Assembly: GCA_046075565.1 (NCBI GenBank)
Contig: JBJTQJ010000115.1
Location: 1-62,293, forward strand
DNA from: Verrucomicrobiales bacterium
GTDB lineage: Bacteria; Verrucomicrobiota; Verrucomicrobiia; Verrucomicrobiales; SLCJ01
Length of the DNA: 62,293 bases
Direction: 5' to 3'
A program made the position numbers and the translations under genes. Position 1 is the stretch's first letter. The number at the start of each line of letters is the position of its first letter. Below, piece after piece: positions 56,303 to 62,293 of this stretch. Under the pieces are notes generated by a model. That model made no database searches. It worked only from the letters and a program-made list of their open reading frames with translations, and was not told where the DNA came from.

Positions 56303-59300
56303 TCAGGCTTTTTCCTGATATCCGGCCTCGCCCGGAAGCGGATGATAGTGTTCGTCTTCTTCGTGTTCGCGACGGAACTGCTCATCCATTTCCACCACCT
56401 TCTCGGGACGGAAAAGAAGATTGCGGATGTCTTCCATGATGAGATACACGCAGGGAACGAGGAAGAGGGTAATGACCGTGGCGAAGGCGATGCCGGCGGC
56501 CAGCGAAACAGCCATGGGGATGAGGAACTGGCCCTGGATGTCCGTTTCGAAAACCATGGGCGCGAGTCCCGCCACGGTGGTGGCGGTGGTGAGGAAGACA
56601 GCGCGGAAACGTTTCCTGCCCGCCTGCAGGGCGGCCTCATGCATGGATTCACCTTTGGCGCGCATGCGGTTCACGTAATCGACGAGCACAAGGCTGTCAT
56701 TCACGACCATACCCGCGAGGGCGACGATACCGCACATGCTCATGATGCTCAGCTCCAGATTCAGGAGGATGTGCCCGGCAACCGCACCGATGATGCCGAA
56801 GGGAATGACGGCCATGACGATGAGGGGCTGGGTGTAGGAGCGCAGGGGTATGGCCAGGAGGATGTAGATACCCAGCAACGCGAGAAGCCCGTAGAACTGG
56901 AGCTCCTCCATGGCCTTGCGCTGGTCACGCTGTTCACCTTGGAAACTCCACGCGCTGCCCGGGAAAAGTTTCGGAAGTTCGTCGAGCGTCTCTTTTGTAA
57001 AAGTCTCCACCACTTCGTTGGCGTTGGCATCGGGATTGGACTTGTCGATATCGGCGGTCACCCGGATGCTGCGTTTCCGGTCGGCTCGCTGGATAACAGA
57101 ATAGCCGCGACCATAATCGAAGGTGGCGACGCGGGCGAGAGGGACCTCACCTCCATCGGGAAGCCGGATGCGCGCACTCTCGAGGTCACCGGCCGTCTCG
57201 CGTTCGGACTTCGGATAACGGACCATCACTTTCACCTCGTCGCGCCCTCGCTGAAGCCGCTGCGCTTCTTCGCCATAGAAACCCTGACGGAGCTGGCGCG
57301 CGACATCCTCGAGCCGGAGCCCGAGGGATTTGCCTTCGGCGGTCAGTCCGGTGAGCCGGATTTCGCGTTTGCCCTCCAAATCGGTATCGGCAATATCGGT
57401 GACACCGTTGAAGGTGGCGAGTTTCGCTTTCACATGGGAAACAGCCTTGTCGAGCACGTCGAGATTTTCGCCGGCAATTTCGACATCGATGGGCAGACCA
57501 CCTCCGGCGGCGAGCGTCTGGAATTTCAAATCCACCGCACCGGGAATTCCCCCCGTCAATTCGCGCCATTTGGCGGCGAGTTCATCGGCTTTCACGTCGC
57601 GTTCGGAGGCGGAGCGAAGTTCGAGTGTGACCTGCCCGATGTTATTGGCTTTGGGGGAACCGGCCTGGAATGAGATCTGGAATGGTTGGGTGCCGGCTGT
57701 TGCCAGCAAATGCAGGACCACGGGATTGCCGTCGCGATCCTTGTAGATTTCTCCCAGTTTCATGGCGGCCTTTTCCATCCGATCGACGGCGGCGGCTGTC
57801 TCTTCAAAAGCAGCCCCGCGGGGCATGGTCACGCTGGCGGAGATGACGTCGGCCTCGACCTTCGGGAAAAACGAGGTCTTCACCCATCCCGCGCCGACAA
57901 CCCCAACGGTGAGGAGAATCATGGCCACGAAAATGGAAGCGGTTACGTAGCGGGCTTCAGTGGCCAACCTCAGGACGGGTGTGTAGATCCGGTCGATAAA
58001 CCAATGGAGTCCGACCTCAACCGCATGGAGGACGCGCCCGACGGGGGTTTCATCATCTTCCTTGCGGTAGGGTTTGAGCGCGGCGAGGTGAGCGGGGAGG
58101 ACAAGGAAACATTCGGCCAGCGAAAAGAGCAGCACGGGGATGACCACGAGCGGGATGTTCGGCCAGATCTTGCCGCTTACGCCGCTGAGCAAAAGCATGG
58201 GCACGAACGCGGCCACCGTGGTCAGCACGCCGAAGATGACCACGACGGCCACTTCGTGGGTGCCTTTCCATGCCGCCTCGCGCGGGGGTTCACCGGCCTG
58301 CATGCGCGTGTAAACATTTTCCCCGGCCACCAAGGCGTCATCCACCACGATGCCGAGCACCATGATGAAGGCGAAAAGGGATATCATGTTGATGGAAACA
58401 CCGAGCCATGGCATGAGCATGAGCGCTCCCGCGAAGGAGGCCGGGATACCGAGGGCGACAAAGAACGCGATGCTCGGGCGCATGAAGAAAGCGAGGATGA
58501 TCAGGACGAAGACGAATCCCATGCCCGCGTTGCGGGCGAGCAATTCCATGCGGCCTTTGAGATAGAAGGATTGGTCATTCCAGACCTCCAGAGTCACTCC
58601 CGAGGGCAGAAAGTCTTTTGAATCGGCGATGTATTCGCGGACGGCTTTGGCGACGCGCAGGGTATCCTCGTCTCCGACGCGGAAAACATTGACCACCACG
58701 GCGGGGCGGCCATCGAAGCGCGTGCGCACGTCATCCTCTTCAAACCCATCACGCACGGTGGCGACATCGGACACGCGAAGCGTGGAACCATCCGGCCTTG
58801 TTAGAATGGCGATATCTCCGATTTCGCGGGCGGTGTATTTCCTCGCGCTGGTGCGGATGAGAATCTCACCGGCAGCACCGCGCACGGAGCCGCCGGGGAG
58901 ATCAACGGAGGTCCTGCGGATGGCCGATGCGATGGCATCGAAAGTGAGGCCGTGCGAGCGCAGGGTTTGCTCGGAGACTTCGACGGAAATCTCGTAGGGA
59001 CGAACACCGGCGAGTTCGGCCTGGGTGATGTCGCCACTGGCCAAAAGGCCGTCACGCACGCGTTCGCCGAATTTGCGCAGGGTGCTTTCATCGGTGTCGG
59101 CCGAAACCGTGACACTCATCACCTCGCGTTTGATCTTCAATTCCTCCATCTCCGGCCGCTCGGCATTCTCGGCGAAGTTGTCGATGGCATCGACGCGCGT
59201 CTTCAGGTCATCCATGATGTTGCGCACCAGATAGTTGGTAGCCACTTCCACGGTGACAACCCCGTATCCCTCGGCGGAAGTCGAACTGATGCGCTCGATA

Positions 59301-59530
59301 CCCTCGACATCGGCAATCGCCTCTTCCACGGGAATGACCGCGCCTTTTTCGACTTCCTCGGGCGTGGCATTCGGGTAAGGGATGCGGATGCTGACCGCAT
59401 TGATGGATGTCTCCGGGAAAATCTCTTTCTTCTGCGATACCCAACCCACGATGCCGCCGATAAACACAGCCAGCACGATGAAATTGGCCGCGACATGGTT
59501 GCGCGAAAACCAGCGGATGAGATTTTGCAT
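56303..59530 (-). CDS. RND efflux transporter permease (AcrB family)
   Basis: 1075 aa, 12-TM pattern, GIVVDDA, RFRAV.LT. Confidence 0.93.
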   Translation of the reverse strand: MQNLIRWFSRNHVAANFIVLAVFIGGIVGWVSQKKEIFPETSINAVSIRIPYPNATPEEVEKGAVIPVEEAIADVEGIERISSTSAEGYGVVTVEVATNYLVRNIMDDLKTRVDAIDNFAENAERPEMEELKIKREVMSVTVSADTDESTLRKFGERVRDGLLASGDITQAELAGVRPYEISVEVSEQTLRSHGLTFDAIASAIRRTSVDLPGGSVRGAAGEILIRTSARKYTAREIGDIAILTRPDGSTLRVSDVATVRDGFEEDDVRTRFDGRPAVVVNVFRVGDEDTLRVAKAVREYIADSKDFLPSGVTLEVWNDQSFYLKGRMELLARNAGMGFVFVLIILAFFMRPSIAFFVALGIPASFAGALMLMPWLGVSINMISLFAFIMVLGIVVDDALVAGENVYTRMQAGEPPREAAWKGTHEVAVVVIFGVLTTVAAFVPMLLLSGVSGKIWPNIPLVVIPVLLFSLAECFLVLPAHLAALKPYRKEDDETPVGRVLHAVEVGLHWFIDRIYTPVLRLATEARYVTASIFVAMILLTVGVVGAGWVKTSFFPKVEADVISASVTMPRGAAFEETAAAVDRMEKAAMKLGEIYKDRDGNPVVLHLLATAGTQPFQISFQAGSPKANNIGQVTLELRSASERDVKADELAAKWRELTGGIPGAVDLKFQTLAAGGGLPIDVEIAGENLDVLDKAVSHVKAKLATFNGVTDIADTDLEGKREIRLTGLTAEGKSLGLRLEDVARQLRQGFYGEEAQRLQRGRDEVKVMVRYPKSERETAGDLESARIRLPDGGEVPLARVATFDYGRGYSVIQRADRKRSIRVTADIDKSNPDANANEVVETFTKETLDELPKLFPGSAWSFQGEQRDQRKAMEELQFYGLLALLGIYILLAIPLRSYTQPLIVMAVIPFGIIGAVAGHILLNLELSIMSMCGIVALAGMVVNDSLVLVDYVNRMRAKGESMHEAALQAGRKRFRAVFLTTATTVAGLAPMVFETDIQGQFLIPMAVSLAAGIAFATVITLFLVPCVYLIMEDIRNLLFRPEKVVEMDEQFRREHEEDEHYHPLPGEAGYQEKA

Positions 59531-59559
59531 GGTTGTTGCGGGTTTGGTAGCTTCCGCTC

Positions 59560-60759
59560 TCAGTTAGGGGTGACGGCGACAGGTGCGGGTTGATCCGGTG
59601 GCGGCGGCTGTTTCTCCGGCTTCTCATTGGCTGGCTGGACGAGTGTCTCGCCATCAATCACCGACTCCACGGTGGTGATGCAAACCCGCTCGTCCGGCTC
59701 GAGTCCGCCGGACACATAGATATCCTTGCGGTCGCTCCAGGCGATTTCGACATCGCGGAAACGAAGCTTGTTTTCCTTGTCCACGATCAGCACACGCCGG
59801 TCATCCAATAATGCGACGCGGGGCAGACGGGTGACTTTTTCGAGCACACGCCCTTCAATGGCGGCATCCACGAACAATCCCGGAAGCAAGGGAATGCCGG
59901 TGTCGCTCGTCATGTTCGACGAGGGAATGGAACCAACAAACTGCAAGGAGCGGCTGGTCCGATCCACATTTCCTTCGGTGCGCACGACTTCGCCTTTCCA
60001 CTCCGCCCTGCGACCGCCGGCAGATGTGAAAAACCGCACGGCCGGAGCCTTTCCATCATTGCGCTGCACCCGCACGGCATCATCAATCGGCACGGAGAGC
60101 CTGATCTTGTAGCCCTCGGTCGAGAACATTTCGGCCACGGGCGTGCCTGGAGAGACGACCATGCCGGTTTCGACAAGTTTGGCCCGGACACGACCGGCGA
60201 ACGGCGCCCGGATGGTGGCGCGGCGCACATCGAGTTCTGACTTGGCGACCGCTGCTTGGGCGGCAGCGAGACCGGCACGCGCGGAGGCAAGCTGCGGCTC
60301 GCGGAGGGAAAGCGGGGTTGGTTCACCACCGAGGCCGAGACGCTCCCAGTCGCGTTTCGCCTGCGCGGCGGCTGCTTCCTCATTGGCCAAAGCGAGTTCG
60401 GCTTCGGCCAGCCGCGCGCGGGCGCTTTCGAGAGCGGCTAACAAGTCGGCGGTATCAAGCTCGACGAGGGTTTCACCTTCCGCGACATCGGAGCCGGCTT
60501 CAAGTTTGGGGGAGACGGCTCGCACCCGCCCACCCACTTCGGCGGCCAGCTTCGTTTCCCGCCACGGCTCTACCAAGCCCTGGCTCGGAATCTCAATGGG
60601 CGTATCGGCGGGTCGGACGACCAGCACCTCCACTACCGGTATGGTGCGCTCGATGGCTATCTTCTCCGGCGGTTTGCGCGATTTGATGAGCAGGTGGGTA
60701 ATGCCTCCCGCGGCAAGCAAGATGAGGATCGAGAGAATGGTGATCGCGGAGCGTTTCAT
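59560..60759 (-). CDS. RND periplasmic adaptor (MFP)
   Basis: N-terminal anchor, AEVGGRV, helical hairpin, IRAPFAGRV, PGLFV. Confidence 0.92.
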   Translation of the reverse strand: MKRSAITILSILILLAAGGITHLLIKSRKPPEKIAIERTIPVVEVLVVRPADTPIEIPSQGLVEPWRETKLAAEVGGRVRAVSPKLEAGSDVAEGETLVELDTADLLAALESARARLAEAELALANEEAAAAQAKRDWERLGLGGEPTPLSLREPQLASARAGLAAAQAAVAKSELDVRRATIRAPFAGRVRAKLVETGMVVSPGTPVAEMFSTEGYKIRLSVPIDDAVRVQRNDGKAPAVRFFTSAGGRRAEWKGEVVRTEGNVDRTSRSLQFVGSIPSSNMTSDTGIPLLPGLFVDAAIEGRVLEKVTRLPRVALLDDRRVLIVDKENKLRFRDVEIAWSDRKDIYVSGGLEPDERVCITTVESVIDGETLVQPANEKPEKQPPPPDQPAPVAVTPN

Positions 60760-60771
60760 CGGGGGAAAGGA

Positions 60772-62214
60772 TCAGGGAGTGAAATCGCCGCCGAGGGCGA
60801 GGTGGAGATTGATGCGGTTTTCGAGGCGAACGAGTCGGGCGACGGCGAGTTGGCGCCTGTTCTGCACGAGCCGGGTCTGGGCGGTGAATACCGTGAGGGC
60901 ATCACCGCGTCCTTCGCGATAATCGGAACGCGCTTCGCGGTCGGCCTCACCGGCAAGACGGGTGGCTTCCTCCAATTGGAAGACCCTCTCGGCGAGCAGG
61001 GCCTCGGAGGCGAGGGCGGTTTCCACTTCACCGAAAGCCTGGAGCACGGATTTTTGGAATGCCGCCTGTGATTCGCGTTCCTCGGCCCGGCGTTTGTTTT
61101 GTTCGGCCTTGATTTCGCCGCTGTAAAAGATTGGCTGCACGATGCCGCCAGCCAGCGACCAGACCCCGAAGTCACTCTCGAGCAGACGTTGCAAATCATC
61201 GGTCGAATATCCGGAAGAACCGGTAAGCGAAAGGGTCGGGAAAATAGCGAGACGGGCTTCCTTGGCCCGCGCGCCTTGCGCGGCGAAGCGGCGTTCGGCG
61301 GCAATGAGGTCTGGTCTGCGCAAGAGCAAACCGGAGGGCAGACCAGATGGAGGCGGCGAACCGGGATTCGGAAGAACGGCATCGCCAAGCAACTTGCCGG
61401 AAGGGTATCTGCCTAACAAAACCTCGATCCTGCGCACGGCCTGGTCGCGCGAACGCCGCACATTGGCGAGTTCGGCCTTGGCCGCACTTTCATCAGTCAT
61501 GGCAAGCCGGAGATCGGTGCCGGTGCCACGGCCGGTTGCTTGACCGGCTTCAAAGCGTTCACGGATGGAGCGGACGGTATCGGCAGTGATACGGGTGGTT
61601 TCTTCCGCCAAGCGAACTTGTTCGTCGGCTTCGGCGAGGGCGAACCACGCCTTGCAGACCTCTGCCGCCAGGGAAACCCGCGCCCCGGCAAGATCGGCCT
61701 CGCTGGCCTGCACCGCGGCGATGGCAGCACTTTCCCCGGCCCGGATGCGACCCCAGAGATCGAGCTCCCACTTGATATTCAACCCGGCTTCATACCCTTC
61801 CACGATGTTGCCGACCACCGGCGGTTCTCCCCCACCCTGTTGGGTCGGTTCATTGCCGAAGGGAAAACCGAGGAAGTTTTGTTTGCGTCGGTTGGCGGAA
61901 AGATCAGCATCGATTTTCGGCCCCCGTTGCGAACGCACCGAGCGCGCGGTGGCTTTGGCTTGGTCCACCCGCGCAGCCGCTGCTTTCAAATCAGGGTTCG
62001 CGGACAATGCCTCCGCGACCAACTGGTTCAGCGCCGGACTATGGAAACGGCGCACCCAATCCATATCGGGTTCCCCCGGCATGGAAGGCGCACCTTTCCA
62101 TGCCGAAGGGACTTCGACTCCATTTTCCGTGGTCCGATCGGGTGGCGGCGTGGCAACACATCCGGCGGCCGCGAGCGCCAGTCCCAGCAGCCGGATGGTT
62201 CGGGAGCAGATCAT
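60772..62214 (-). CDS. Outer-membrane efflux lipoprotein (NodT/OprM family)
   Basis: Lipobox AAG|C, ANPDL, WELDLWG, PS.LL.RRPDL.AAE, LALGG. Confidence 0.92.
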   Translation of the reverse strand: MICSRTIRLLGLALAAAGCVATPPPDRTTENGVEVPSAWKGAPSMPGEPDMDWVRRFHSPALNQLVAEALSANPDLKAAAARVDQAKATARSVRSQRGPKIDADLSANRRKQNFLGFPFGNEPTQQGGGEPPVVGNIVEGYEAGLNIKWELDLWGRIRAGESAAIAAVQASEADLAGARVSLAAEVCKAWFALAEADEQVRLAEETTRITADTVRSIRERFEAGQATGRGTGTDLRLAMTDESAAKAELANVRRSRDQAVRRIEVLLGRYPSGKLLGDAVLPNPGSPPPSGLPSGLLLRRPDLIAAERRFAAQGARAKEARLAIFPTLSLTGSSGYSTDDLQRLLESDFGVWSLAGGIVQPIFYSGEIKAEQNKRRAEERESQAAFQKSVLQAFGEVETALASEALLAERVFQLEEATRLAGEADREARSDYREGRGDALTVFTAQTRLVQNRRQLAVARLVRLENRINLHLALGGDFTP

Positions 62215-62293
62215 CTCAGGCTGGTGGCAACCCGTTCATCCAAGGCGGAACTTTCATCCACGCCACCGCGCAAACCGGCGGCGCTGAAGGAAA

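Overview
GC-rich bacterial chromosome segment. Gene content and intergenic repeat style suggest Verrucomicrobiota, but that is an inference. Left to right: the 3' part of a type II secretion operon (pseudopilins, GspK, L/M-like proteins, secretin GspD); rhaM plus a ferritin-like (DUF455)/ATP-grasp fusion; proB-proA and an APH-fold kinase; an unannotated ~200-nt structured element before rplY; secreted oxidoreductase, glycosidase and lipoprotein genes; acnA; a pssA-kinase-like ORF-ABC transporter operon; a frameshifted meaB; leuC; a TrhO-RluA fusion; TPMT; an SNase-like protein with tgt; an orphan DpnA-like DNA methyltransferase; metG, ilvD, M32 peptidase and Stf0 sulfotransferase; tRNA-Tyr and tRNA-Thr converging on a type III PKS/FAD enzyme/GT2 block and a 5'-nucleotidase; a 2219-aa secreted protein; a ~1-kb REP/cassette-remnant hotspot; malQ; and a tripartite RND pump. 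No CRISPR array, rRNA, integrase, transposase or prophage is visible. Best candidates for undescribed biology are the di-iron/ATP-grasp fusion, the kinase-like gene inside the pssA/ABC operon, the candidate ncRNA and the giant secreted protein. All calls come from reading motifs by eye; no searches were run.
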